Source: an uncultured bacterium
Lineage (GTDB): Bacteria; Oederibacteriota; Oederibacteriia; Oederibacteriales; Oederibacteriaceae
Reading direction: 5' to 3'
DNA length: 64,000 bases
Assembly (NCBI GenBank): GCA_965112635.1
Contig: OZ218778.1
Span: 160,001 to 224,000 of the forward strand
The notes beneath the pieces are model-generated. The model had not been told where the DNA came from and did no database searches. It saw only the letters and a list, made by a program, of their open reading frames with translations. Positions 1 to 8,975 of this stretch are shown one piece after another (position 1 is the stretch's first letter; each line of letters opens with the position of its first letter). The position numbers were made by a program, and so were the translations under genes.

Positions 1-272
1 TCAAGGTGCTCTACGACGCCTACCATATGTTCCAGATGGGCGAAGATATCCTCAAGGACCTGACCGAAAACCTAAAAAGCGTGGCCCATATCCATGTGGC
101 GGAAAGCCAGGGCCGGTCCATCCCCTCTATGCAGGGCAAAATAGATTACAAAACAGTGGTCCAAAAGGTCCAGGCCGCCGGATACGAGGGATATTGGGGC
201 ATGGAATATTTCCCCGGCGAGAACGTGATGCAGAGCCTGCAGCAGGCCGCGGACCTGTTCCGGTCTTTTTGA
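1..272 (+). CDS. Hydroxypyruvate isomerase-like TIM-barrel protein, 3' part (5' truncated by window)
   Basis: LYDAYH..Q, HIHVAE..GR..P..G.IDY and GY.G..GMEYFP motifs typical of the Hyi/AP-endonuclease-2 family. Confidence 0.75.
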   Translation, partial: KVLYDAYHMFQMGEDILKDLTENLKSVAHIHVAESQGRSIPSMQGKIDYKTVVQKVQAAGYEGYWGMEYFPGENVMQSLQQAADLFRSF

Positions 273-287
273 GTTTTCTGGTGCTAC

Positions 288-423
288 AATAAACTACCAC
301 GGGCTCACGCCCGTGGTTTTAAAGCGGAAGAATTTATTATGTTTGTTACTCCTCCGCCTCCGGCTCCGGGCTGCCATTCATCCCCGCCGCTTGCGGCGGG
401 GTACTATGGCAGTAGTAATAGAG
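288..423. mobile_element. Non-autonomous IS200/IS605-type palindromic MITE, copy 1
   Basis: Hairpins ACCACGGGC-tcac-GCCCGTGGT (296-317) and CCCCGCCGC-tt-GCGGCGGGG (382-401). The core tgtttgtt.ctcctccgc...ctccgggctgcc.ttcatcccc and the end ggcagtagt.ata.a are shared with 8696-8856. Confidence 0.65.
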
Positions 424-461
424 TTTTGTTTCACCAAATCTTGCGGGTAAAGGATGAAAAA

Positions 462-1220
462 ATGAAAAAATATCCGGTTTCAGTGCAGCTCTATTCGGTC
501 AGGGACCAGGCGGCCAAGGATTTCGCGGGTGTCCTCAAAAAGATCGCCTCATTTGGCTACACGGGGGTGGAGTTCGCCGGCCTGCACAACCTGACCCCCA
601 AGGAGGTCCGCAACATTATCGACGACCTGGGGCTGGTAGCCTCTTCCACGCACGGCCCCATGCCCGACAGGGGCAACCTGACCGAGATCGTGGACGCCGC
701 CCATGTGCTTGGTTATGACTGCCATATCAGCGGATGCGGGCCGGATGATTTCAAAGATGTAGAAACAAGCAAAAGGACCGGCGCCCGTTTCCAGGAAGCC
801 AGCCAGCTGCTCAAAGCACAGGGCTTGCGCTTCGGCGTCCATAACCACTGGTGGGAGTTCAATAAAAATTTCAAAGGCAAACTGCCCTATGACATCGCCC
901 TGGAAGCCGCTCCCGGAGCTTTATGCGAGATAGACACCTACTGGGTCAAGTTCGGCGGCCCTGACCCCGCCAACCTCATCAAACGGTTCTCTTCTCGGAC
1001 AAATTTCCTGCATATCAAAGACGGCCCGCTCCAAAAAGACAAAGCCATGACCGCGGTGGGCCAGGGCAGAATGAACTGGAAACCTATTATGGAGGCTGCC
1101 TCAGCCAGCGCAGCTGAGTGGCTGGTGGTGGAGCTGGACAGCTGCGACACAGACATGCTGGAAGCGGTCCAGCAAAGCATCCAGTACCTGGTGGAACAAG
1201 GTTACGGTAAAGCAAAATAG
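462..1220 (+). CDS. Sugar phosphate isomerase/epimerase (xylose isomerase-like TIM barrel)
   Basis: QLYSVRD, HNHWWEF, EIDTYW, LHIKD, VVELD motifs. Start set to ATG 462; the upstream ORF extension lies in the MITE. Confidence 0.9.
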   Translation: MKKYPVSVQLYSVRDQAAKDFAGVLKKIASFGYTGVEFAGLHNLTPKEVRNIIDDLGLVASSTHGPMPDRGNLTEIVDAAHVLGYDCHISGCGPDDFKDVETSKRTGARFQEASQLLKAQGLRFGVHNHWWEFNKNFKGKLPYDIALEAAPGALCEIDTYWVKFGGPDPANLIKRFSSRTNFLHIKDGPLQKDKAMTAVGQGRMNWKPIMEAASASAAEWLVVELDSCDTDMLEAVQQSIQYLVEQGYGKAK

Positions 1221-1235
1221 AATAGGGAGGATATT

Positions 1236-2339
1236 ATGAAAGGTAATAGGATCAAGGTCGGGCTCGTGGGATGCGGGAACATCTGCGATATTTACTTCCA
1301 GAACATGAAAACCCATCCGGTCCTCCAGGTGGCGGCCTGCTCCGACCTGCTCTTGGACAGGGCCAAAGCCAAGGCCAAGCAGTATGGCATCCCCAAAGCC
1401 TGCACAGTTAAAGAGCTTTTGGCTGATCCCGCAATAGGCATTATTGTTAATCTTACGGTCCCCAAAGCCCACGCGGACATAGCTTTGGCAGCGGTCAAGG
1501 CAGGCAAAAGCGTTTATAACGAAAAACCTTTGACCATCCGGCGCGAGGACGGGCAAAAGCTGTTGAAATTGGCCAGATCCAAACGGGTACTGGTGGGAGG
1601 CGCTCCGGATACATTTCTGGGCGCCGGCCTGCAGACCTGCCGCAAACTCATCGACGACGGGGTCATCGGCGACCCGGTCGCGGCCACGGCTTTTATGATG
1701 GGCCACGGCCCTGAGGGATGGCATCCCAACCCAACCTTCTTTTACCAGGTCGGCGGAGGCCCCATGTTCGACGTGGGCCCTTACTATGTGACTGCCCTGG
1801 TCACCCTGCTGGGGTCGGTCAAACGCGTGTCCGGTTCGGCCAGGATCAGTTTCAAAGAACGCCTGATCACCAGCAAACCCCAATACGGCAAAAAGATCAA
1901 AGTGCAGGTGCCTACTCATATTGCCGGGGTCATGGACTTTGCCAGCGGAGCGGTCGGGACTATCATCACCAGCTTTGATGTTTGGGGCGCTGAACTGCCC
2001 CGGATAGAGATCTACGGCTCCAAGGGCACCTTGAGCGTGCCTGACCCAAATTCTTTCGGCGGGCCGGTCAGGGTAAAACTCGCCGGCAAAGAATGGAAAG
2101 AAATGCCTTTGACCCACAACTATCCCCAGAACAGCCGGAGCTTGGGCGTGGCGGATATGGCCTACGCTCTTTTGTCCGGCAGGCCCCATCGCGCCAGCGG
2201 CAGTTTGGCCTACCATGTCCTGGACATCATGCACGCCATCCATGACGCTTCGGCCCGTGGGGTTTATGCCAAGCTAAAAAGTTCCTGCACTCGTCCGGCA
2301 CCTCTGCCTGCGGGATTGAAATATAAAATTAATGGTTAA
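1236..2339 (+). CDS. Gfo/Idh/MocA family oxidoreductase
   Basis: GLVGCGNI Rossmann motif, [18 protein letters not shown]; GGAGG RBS. Confidence 0.93.
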   Translation: MKGNRIKVGLVGCGNICDIYFQNMKTHPVLQVAACSDLLLDRAKAKAKQYGIPKACTVKELLADPAIGIIVNLTVPKAHADIALAAVKAGKSVYNEKPLTIRREDGQKLLKLARSKRVLVGGAPDTFLGAGLQTCRKLIDDGVIGDPVAATAFMMGHGPEGWHPNPTFFYQVGGGPMFDVGPYYVTALVTLLGSVKRVSGSARISFKERLITSKPQYGKKIKVQVPTHIAGVMDFASGAVGTIITSFDVWGAELPRIEIYGSKGTLSVPDPNSFGGPVRVKLAGKEWKEMPLTHNYPQNSRSLGVADMAYALLSGRPHRASGSLAYHVLDIMHAIHDASARGVYAKLKSSCTRPAPLPAGLKYKING

Positions 2340-2376
2340 GGAAACTTTTCGCCCGGCCTGAGGCTGAGGAGGCTTC

Positions 2377-4401
2377 ATGAAGAATTGGAATACAACGGTC
2401 CCTCTGGGACTGACCCAGCTGAACAGGAAAAACATGCCGCTTTACGCCGCAAGGCTCAAGGCCATGGGAGCTGACCGCGTTTTCCTGGCGGCACCGGACG
2501 GCATGACCGACCATCCTCCCTTCCCCAAAGACTGGCTCGACCTGAAAAAACGCCTAATCAAAGCCAAAGCGTTCTTTAACGCCAGGGGCATTGCCGTGGC
2601 TTACTGGCTGGGCAGGACCATCGGACACAACCAACTGCCGACCGACCGGAAAGACTGGCCTTTTCAGCCCATCGTGGGCCCCACCGGCAAGGAGGCTGAA
2701 GGCTGTTTTTGCCCCCTGGACAAGCGTTTTCGCGGCTATCTCTCCTCTGGCCTGGCTACGATGGCCCGGAGCGGAGTGGAGCTGATCGTCTTGGACGATG
2801 ACTTCCGGATGAACGGCCACGGCCCTGATACTGATTTCGCCTGTTACTGCCCCCTGCATCTGGCCGAGTTCCGCGCCAGGACCGGCCGCAAAATCTCCCG
2901 CGAAAAACTTTTTAAAGAGGCTATGGGCGGCGCTCCCAGCCGGACTCGCGACCAGTGGCTGGATATCCAGGGAAAAACCCTGATGCTTCTGGCCGGTGAC
3001 CTGGAGCAAGCGGTGCACCGGGTAAATCCCCGGGCCCGGCTCGGGCTCTGCTCGGTCATCTGGCATAACAGCGGCCACGACGGCGTGGAACTTCCAGCGC
3101 TGGTCAAGAAGCTGGCGGGAAATACCCGGCCGTTCATGCGCACCATAGGCGCGCCCTATTGGGACAAGCAGCCGTTCCATGTCTGCTGGGTGACCGAATA
3201 TACCCGCCTGCAGGCTTCCTGGTCCAAAGGGCATGACATAGAACTGTTGGCTGAGGGCGACACCTGGCCTCATACCCGTTTCAGCTGTTCCGCGGCCATG
3301 CTCGGCGCCTACCAGGAATGGCTGATGGCTTCGGGCTTCCCCGGTATCCTCTGCTATGCCCTTGGTTACACTGGCAACCCGGACTTCGAAACAGGCTTTT
3401 GGCGGAAGATCAGCGCCAGCCGCCGGCACAGCCAGGCAATCCTCGGCTTTTTCCCGTCCGATTACCAGGCCCTGGGCGTGCGGCCTTTGGAGCCCCAGAA
3501 CAGCTTCCGGCACTGGGTCATGCCCTCTGGCCCCGGGACCAACAACTGGGCCAACCAGCCTGCGGCCCTCCGATTGCTGTCCAGGATGGGCATCCCCCTG
3601 ACCTATGAAAAAACAGGCGGCCCTGTTCTAATCACGGGCTGGAGCGCTTCCGGTCTCTCCAGGGCAGAAATACAAGAGGCCCTGCGTTCCGGGGCAGTGC
3701 TGGATGCCATAGCCGCGCAATGGCTCCTGCAGAAAGGCTTTGACATCGGAGTGCTTGCGGTGGAGGAGGCCCCTGTGCCGCGGACCGAACGCTTTATTGA
3801 CCCCGGCTTCAGCGGCCGTCATTTAGGTCTGAATCTCTGGCCCGGCCCGGCCGGGAAAAACTCTTTTTACCGCTGCCAACCTGCACCAAGAGCAAGGGTC
3901 CTCAGCGAATTCCTGGACTCTGACCAAAAAAGGCTCTATCCAGGGACCCTGCTTTACGAGAACAGGGCCGGCAACCGTTTCTGCGTCCTGCCTTTGGGAT
4001 TGCACTCCCTGACCCTGGACCTGGCAACGCCCCTGCCCGTCCTGAACTATGCCCGGCAGGAGCAATTGACCCGTTCCCTGACCTGGGTCAACCGCCGTCC
4101 TTTAGCGGTATCTGTCCAGGATATCGCTGATGTCCATGTGCTGTGCCGGGTATCCCCGTCCAGGGACCGCCTGGCCATCGCGGTCCAAAACGCCCATTCC
4201 GACCCCATCCAAAACCCTGTGCTTAGGCTGGACCCGGCTATTGAGGTGGGAAAAACAATAGAACTCCTCGTCCCCGCTGCTGGCAAGGCGCAAAAAACCT
4301 CAGCATTTAAATATAGGAACGACGGAGAATACGGTCACCTTACTGTTCCCTGCACCATCCCGTCCATGGGTATGATGTCGGTGGGGATTACAAGAAGATG
4401 A
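2377..4401 (+). CDS. Uncharacterised cytoplasmic glycoside-hydrolase-like protein (TIM barrel plus C-terminal domains)
   Basis: 674 aa ORF with RBS; CFCPLD..F and LDDDFR...CYCPLH motifs recall GH42-like barrels; sugar operon context. Confidence 0.55.
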   Translation: MKNWNTTVPLGLTQLNRKNMPLYAARLKAMGADRVFLAAPDGMTDHPPFPKDWLDLKKRLIKAKAFFNARGIAVAYWLGRTIGHNQLPTDRKDWPFQPIVGPTGKEAEGCFCPLDKRFRGYLSSGLATMARSGVELIVLDDDFRMNGHGPDTDFACYCPLHLAEFRARTGRKISREKLFKEAMGGAPSRTRDQWLDIQGKTLMLLAGDLEQAVHRVNPRARLGLCSVIWHNSGHDGVELPALVKKLAGNTRPFMRTIGAPYWDKQPFHVCWVTEYTRLQASWSKGHDIELLAEGDTWPHTRFSCSAAMLGAYQEWLMASGFPGILCYALGYTGNPDFETGFWRKISASRRHSQAILGFFPSDYQALGVRPLEPQNSFRHWVMPSGPGTNNWANQPAALRLLSRMGIPLTYEKTGGPVLITGWSASGLSRAEIQEALRSGAVLDAIAAQWLLQKGFDIGVLAVEEAPVPRTERFIDPGFSGRHLGLNLWPGPAGKNSFYRCQPAPRARVLSEFLDSDQKRLYPGTLLYENRAGNRFCVLPLGLHSLTLDLATPLPVLNYARQEQLTRSLTWVNRRPLAVSVQDIADVHVLCRVSPSRDRLAIAVQNAHSDPIQNPVLRLDPAIEVGKTIELLVPAAGKAQKTSAFKYRNDGEYGHLTVPCTIPSMGMMSVGITRR

Positions 4402-4466
4402 TTTTCTCCAGGTTTACAGGGAGCCGTAGGCGTAGGTTTTATTTACCTTAAATAACACAAGACAGC

Positions 4467-5222
4467 TTATGCCTGAGCCACGACCCAAAGCCAGTAAGGT
4501 TCAGGACCGCCTTGAAACAGGTCCCCTGACATGGTCCTCAGGGTGCACTGGGAAAAACCGGCTTCCTGGAGCAACGAGATGGTTTTGGACGGGTCGGTTT
4601 TAAGGCCTGGTTCGGATATATTTGAGCTCTCTTCGATGGCATCGCGTTGCGGGTCAATAGTGATCCAAACATCTTCCTGCTTGCCTGACTTAGGATCGAT
4701 CCCATGACTTTCCAGCTTGAATACACCGTTATCCTCACGCCAACTGCGCCAATTTCCTGAATGGGCTTTGATCTTTGGATGTTCAGGATTTCTCACATCG
4801 CAGATGAAGCATCCCCCGGGCTTAAGCGTCCGGTGTATCCTGCGGAACACATCCAGGTCCAAAAGCGACATTTCGATCCAGGTGGCCGCCGTGAATTCCC
4901 TAGGAAGGTCCAGGGAACGCATATCACAGACAAGGAACTTGACCTGGGGCAGTCCCGACGCTGACTGGCGCGCCCTGTCCACAAAAGTTTCGGAGATATC
5001 TATCCCCAGGACCTCATGTCCCTTGTTACCCCAACAGACGGCATGGGTCCCGATCCCGCAGGCAATATCCAATATCTTGTGTGGCCCAGGCTGTCCCAGG
5101 AGACGAAGCACGGACTCCGCCTCATCGGCCTGTGTCTTGGGGTCAGGGAAGCCCCAGTTAAGGTAATCTTTGTCAAAATCCGGCTCCCCATAGCGATGCA
5201 TTTGTTTTTTGATACGGCGCAT
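4467..5222 (-). CDS. Class I SAM-dependent methyltransferase
   Basis: ILDIACGIG, GIDISE, CDMRSL, LKPGG motifs. Confidence 0.9.
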   Translation of the reverse strand: MRRIKKQMHRYGEPDFDKDYLNWGFPDPKTQADEAESVLRLLGQPGPHKILDIACGIGTHAVCWGNKGHEVLGIDISETFVDRARQSASGLPQVKFLVCDMRSLDLPREFTAATWIEMSLLDLDVFRRIHRTLKPGGCFICDVRNPEHPKIKAHSGNWRSWREDNGVFKLESHGIDPKSGKQEDVWITIDPQRDAIEESSNISEPGLKTDPSKTISLLQEAGFSQCTLRTMSGDLFQGGPEPYWLWVVAQA

Positions 5223-5294
5223 AAGTCCCCCTTTGTCTGATATTTATATTGCTTTTTTGTTCCTGGAAATATTAGCAAAAGGCGAAATGTTGAA

Positions 5295-6263
5295 TTATAT
5301 GGAGCCGCCGGCCTTTAAAAGGTCGTGCAGGTGGACGATGCCGACCGGCCGATGGGCTTTGTCCACGACCATCAAGGTGCCCACGGATTTTTCTTCGGTG
5401 ATATAAATGGCCTCAGCCACCAGCTGGTCCTGGTCGATGACCTTGGGATGGGGGTTCATGAGCTGTTTGATCCTGACCCTGTTAAAATCCATCCGGCCTG
5501 ACCGCTGGATGAACCGCCTCAGGTCGTCGTCCGTGAAGATGCCGCATAATTTCCCCGACGCGTTGACCACGCCCGTGCAGCCTTTGCGTTTGGCGGTCAT
5601 CTCCTGGACCGCCTCGTTGAGGGTCGCTTGCTGGCTGACCAGCGGCACAGCGCTTCCCGAGTGCATGATGGACCTGACCTTGAGGAGCTTGCGCCCGATC
5701 TGTCCGCCCGGGTGAAGGAAAGCGAAATCCTCTTTTTTAAACCCTTTTTCCTTGAGCAGCACCACGGCCAGGGCGTCGCCCATGGCCATCGCCGCGGCGC
5801 TGGAGGCCGTTGGCGCCAGGCCCAGGGGGCAAGCCTCTTCTTTGACGCTGCAGTCCAGGGCCACTTCGCTGTTCTTGGCCAGGGTGGAATGGATGTTGCC
5901 GGTCAGGGAGACCAGTTTGGCGCCAATGCGTTTGATCATGGGCAGGACCACGCTGAGCTCATCGGTCTCTCCGCTGTAGGAAACGGCTAAAACCACGTCG
6001 TCCCTCATCAGGACCCCGAGGTCGCCGTGCACGCCCTCGGCCGGGTGGATGAACAGGGCCGGGGTCCCGGTGCTGGCCAGGGTGGAGGCGATTTTACGGC
6101 CCACCAGCCCCGACTTGCCGATACCCATGACGATGACCCTGCCTTTGCAGTGGAGGAGGAGCTTGACGGCCTGGAGGAACCGTTTATCCAGCTTGGGGGC
6201 CAGGCCGAGGATGGCCCCGGCTTCTATCTTGAGAACTTTCCTGGCTTGATTGAGGGAGGCCAT
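5295..6263 (-). CDS. kdsD: Arabinose-5-phosphate isomerase (KpsF/GutQ family, SIS + 2 CBS domains)
   Basis: GIGKSGLVGRKIASTLASTGTPA, HGDLG, EACPLGLAPTAS, HPGG, HLHDLL. Confidence 0.93.
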   Translation of the reverse strand: MASLNQARKVLKIEAGAILGLAPKLDKRFLQAVKLLLHCKGRVIVMGIGKSGLVGRKIASTLASTGTPALFIHPAEGVHGDLGVLMRDDVVLAVSYSGETDELSVVLPMIKRIGAKLVSLTGNIHSTLAKNSEVALDCSVKEEACPLGLAPTASSAAAMAMGDALAVVLLKEKGFKKEDFAFLHPGGQIGRKLLKVRSIMHSGSAVPLVSQQATLNEAVQEMTAKRKGCTGVVNASGKLCGIFTDDDLRRFIQRSGRMDFNRVRIKQLMNPHPKVIDQDQLVAEAIYITEEKSVGTLMVVDKAHRPVGIVHLHDLLKAGGSI

Positions 6264-6266
6264 GGA

Positions 6267-6977
6267 TTACTCCACGTAGAGCATGCGTCCGCAGCTTTCA
6301 CAGAATATCATCTCTTTGCCTTTTTGGATCTCGATGATGACCTGCGGCCTGATGTTGATCTGGCATCCCCCACAGTTACCCTGCCGGACCGGGGCGATGG
6401 CCATGCTTTTCTTGCTCTGGCGGATGCGTTCGTAGCGGTCCAGGATCCCGCGTTCGACTTTGGCGGTCGCTTCCTGGCGCTTGGTCTGGGATTCGCCGAT
6501 CTTCTGGTTGATGACGGCGAGGTCTTTCTGGAACTTTTCCTCTTCCTGTTTTACTTTTTGCTCTTCGGTCTTGACCTCGTCCTGCAGGACGGCCAGTTTC
6601 TTGCGGTTCTCGTCATCCTGGTCCATCTTGACCAGGATCTGTTCCTCCAGCTTGGAGTTATCTTCTTTGAGCTTGGCGATCTCGTTCTGCAGGGAGGTGT
6701 AGGCTTCGTTGGACTTGACCTCAAAGACCTGCTCTTTGTATTTGGACATGTTGGCCAGCTTGGCTTTGGAGTCCAGCTCCATGGCCAGCCTGGCCTTGCG
6801 GTCCTCTTCGGCGCTTTTTTTGGCCTGGTCCAGGGCCTGCTTCTTGGCTTCCAAAAACGCCTTGGCGTTTTCCAGGGAAGCCGAACCTGCGGATTTTTCC
6901 GCCTGGAGCTGGTCCAGTCCCAGATCGATCTTCTGAAGGTCAAGCAGCTGCGGCAACCCGCTATTGGTCGTGATCAT
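6267..6977 (-). CDS. Coiled-coil protein with C4-type zinc ribbon (DUF164 family)
   Basis: LQKID start, long coiled coil, CGGC...CESCGRMLY. Confidence 0.9.
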   Translation of the reverse strand: MITTNSGLPQLLDLQKIDLGLDQLQAEKSAGSASLENAKAFLEAKKQALDQAKKSAEEDRKARLAMELDSKAKLANMSKYKEQVFEVKSNEAYTSLQNEIAKLKEDNSKLEEQILVKMDQDDENRKKLAVLQDEVKTEEQKVKQEEEKFQKDLAVINQKIGESQTKRQEATAKVERGILDRYERIRQSKKSMAIAPVRQGNCGGCQINIRPQVIIEIQKGKEMIFCESCGRMLYVE

Positions 6978-7021
6978 GCATCCCCCTTCGTGGAAATCTA
7001 GGCCACCATTCTAACACAGAC

Positions 7022-8269
7022 TCATTTTTTCGGTAAACTTAACAGCCGGTAGACCGTATCCTTGTTGGCGTCAGCCACGTCCCCCTGGTTGAACGAACTG
7101 CGCATCCTCACACGGGCTTCGGCGTGGGCGCCATCAAAATCAGGGTATGTCAGCGACTTTTTATAGGCTTTGGTGGCTTCGTCGTCCTTCCCCATAATGT
7201 CGTAAGTGCGGCCCTCTTCCACGTTGCCCCAGACCAGGAACCTGGGCATGGCCTTGGCGTCATTATTGCAGAGTTCGTATTCGCGGATGGCTTGCTCGTA
7301 CTCTTTTTTTGCGCGGTAAAGGTTCCCCAGCATAATATGAATGAACGGCGCCATCTTCTTGTTGAAGGTGGGATGTTTGTCATCCATCATTTGCAGGATC
7401 TCATTAAAAAGGGTAGCTCCGGCATCCGGGTCAAAAAAGGAAGTGACCAGGGCTAAGTTCAACCTGTATCGGAAATTATCCGGATAGCTAGCCACGAGCT
7501 CTTTCAAGAGGGTCGCGGATTTGGCGTATTGGTCCTCATAAATTCCCAGGCCTTCGGCGATGAATACCTTGGCCATCACTTTGGCGTAGTGCCCTTTTTC
7601 GCAGACCAGCTCCAGCTTCTTGATGCCTTCGGTCTTGCTGCCGTTGATCAGCAGCCAGCTCCCGAAAAGCCGGGGGATAATGGGCAGGGTATCGATATAG
7701 TACTGGTATATCCCCAGGCCCACGTTGGCATCGATCAGGTCGGGTTCCTGTTCCAGGGATTTTTTGAGCCTGGATATGGCCTCACTGCTCTTGTTAAACG
7801 CATCCAGATAATCGCCGTCCCACATGGAGAGCAAAGCCAGGCAGCCGTAGGCGTTGCCTGTAAAGAACAGGGAGTAAGCGTCATGATGCCTGTTATTCTC
7901 GTAGGCTTTGCCCAGGGAGATCAGCTCGTTGCCCTTTTTGACCAAAGCGTCTTCCACGGATTTATCTTCTTTATCGTCCTTGAGCTTTTCCCAGTTGATG
8001 ATCAAATGGCCGAAATAGCCCTCCATGCGCTCAGGATGGGTGGCGATGGCCTTGTCAAAGATAGCTGCCGCCGCGGCGTAATGCATATTGTAGGTTTCAT
8101 CCAAGCCGTTCAGCAGCATCTGCTCCCAGAGCTGTTCGGGGGATAAAGGGGTCTGGCTAGGCGTGGGTGTTTTAGCTGTTTTGGAAAAAACAGGGACAGA
8201 AAAAATCAGGGCAATGACAAACCAAAGGCAGACGACCTGAAAGTTAGCGGGTAGCTTTTTGTTAAATAT
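7022..8269 (-). CDS. Secreted tetratricopeptide-repeat protein
   Basis: TPR-like helical repeats and signal-peptide-like N-terminus. The ORF-track start (8419) runs through the tRNA, so the true start is downstream; proposed ATA at 8269. Confidence 0.75.
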   Translation of the reverse strand: MFNKKLPANFQVVCLWFVIALIFSVPVFSKTAKTPTPSQTPLSPEQLWEQMLLNGLDETYNMHYAAAAAIFDKAIATHPERMEGYFGHLIINWEKLKDDKEDKSVEDALVKKGNELISLGKAYENNRHHDAYSLFFTGNAYGCLALLSMWDGDYLDAFNKSSEAISRLKKSLEQEPDLIDANVGLGIYQYYIDTLPIIPRLFGSWLLINGSKTEGIKKLELVCEKGHYAKVMAKVFIAEGLGIYEDQYAKSATLLKELVASYPDNFRYRLNLALVTSFFDPDAGATLFNEILQMMDDKHPTFNKKMAPFIHIMLGNLYRAKKEYEQAIREYELCNNDAKAMPRFLVWGNVEEGRTYDIMGKDDEATKAYKKSLTYPDFDGAHAEARVRMRSSFNQGDVADANKDTVYRLLSLPKK

Positions 8270-8309
8270 AGTCCTTCTCCACTCTACGTCGCAAAGCGAC
8301 GATATTAAA

Positions 8310-8386
8310 TGGTAGGCGGTACAGGGCTTGAACCTGTGACCTCTGCTCTGTGAAAGCAGCGCTCTAGCCAACTGAGCTAACCGCCC
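8310..8386 (-). tRNA. tRNA-Val(CAC)
   Basis: 77-nt cloverleaf GGGCGGT...; anticodon arm CTGCT-TTCACAG-AGCAG; T-loop GGTTCAAGCC; encoded CCA. Confidence 0.96.
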
Positions 8387-8442
8387 ACGTACAACTCCAG
8401 CGCACTCGAGCTCTGTCAAACTCTACCACAGTTATAATGCCA

Positions 8443-8557
8443 AAGACGGCAGCGTACCCAACCGAAGGCTGGGAGCTCGATTGCACTTGCCCTCTATAAT
8501 AATGCGTTTCCTTTCAAGTGCAATCGCACCAAACAGCGGTTTGGTGACGCCCATCCT
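8443..8557 (-). ncRNA. Candidate structured RNA or palindromic element upstream of tRNA-Val (four-way junction)
   Basis: Closing stem AGGAUGG-GCGU/ACGC-UG-CCGUCUU encloses hairpins CACCAAAC/GUUUGGUG, CGAUUGCACUUG/CAAGUGCAAUCG and CCCAGCC/GGUUGGG; G-U pairs favour the minus strand. Confidence 0.4.
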
Positions 8558-8572
8558 AACAAACAAGCACAA

Positions 8573-8601
8573 ATTATATTATTTAGTAAGCCTTTTGTAA
8601 A
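8573..8601 (-). promoter_or_regulatory. Sigma70-type promoter for the tRNA-Val transcript
   Basis: TTTACA-N17-TATAAT on the minus strand. Confidence 0.65.
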
Positions 8602-8695
8602 ACCTTCAATTTACTCTCCAAGCCTCTAGCCTGACCAAAGCTAAAAATTGTAACCAATTTGTAACCACCCTACCCAACTTTGCCATCATTAAACG

Positions 8696-8856
8696 AATAA
8701 ACTTCCCCGCCCTAACGCCCTCATGGGCGCGCACCTTGAGGGCGAGGGCGGGTTTTCGTAAGGAGGAGTTATCTTGTTTGTTCCTCCTCCGCTGCGCTCC
8801 GGGCTGCCGTTCATCCCCGGCCTAAAGGCCGGGGTTTTCTCGGCAGTAGTCATAAA
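8696..8856. mobile_element. Non-autonomous IS200/IS605-type palindromic MITE, copy 2
   Basis: CCCGCCCTAA[inserted hairpin]AGGGCGGG (8706-8752) and CCCCGGCCTAAAGGCCGGGG (8815-8834); homologous to 288-423. Confidence 0.65.
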
Positions 8857-8975
8857 CAGGCTCCTGGGGAACATCTTTTGACTTCATCCGGAAACGACCT
8901 GAATGCCAAGGTCAGATGGTCATTCAACCCCAGGCTTTGCTGGTTAGCTTTTCTTGGCGGGACTAAAGAAGACCG

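Noticed and set aside
339-461. N-terminal extension (MFVTPPPP...) of the isomerase ORF
   Set aside because: It reads through the MITE; family similarity starts at ATG 462
1101-2243. Long antisense ORFs (also 2554, 6027, 13820, 15485, 18533, 33883, 38027)
   Set aside because: Shadow frames of well-supported genes in GC3-rich DNA; no recognisable motifs
8270-8419. ORF-track start of the TPR protein at 8419
   Set aside because: It overlaps tRNA-Val on the same strand
8425-8565. Integron attC site or invertible promoter
   Set aside because: GTT/AAC boxes are in the wrong order for attC; the 12-bp inverted repeat encloses only 25 bp; no recombinase nearby
8689-8874. 61-aa ORF
   Set aside because: It coincides with the palindromic MITE and has no coding hallmarks
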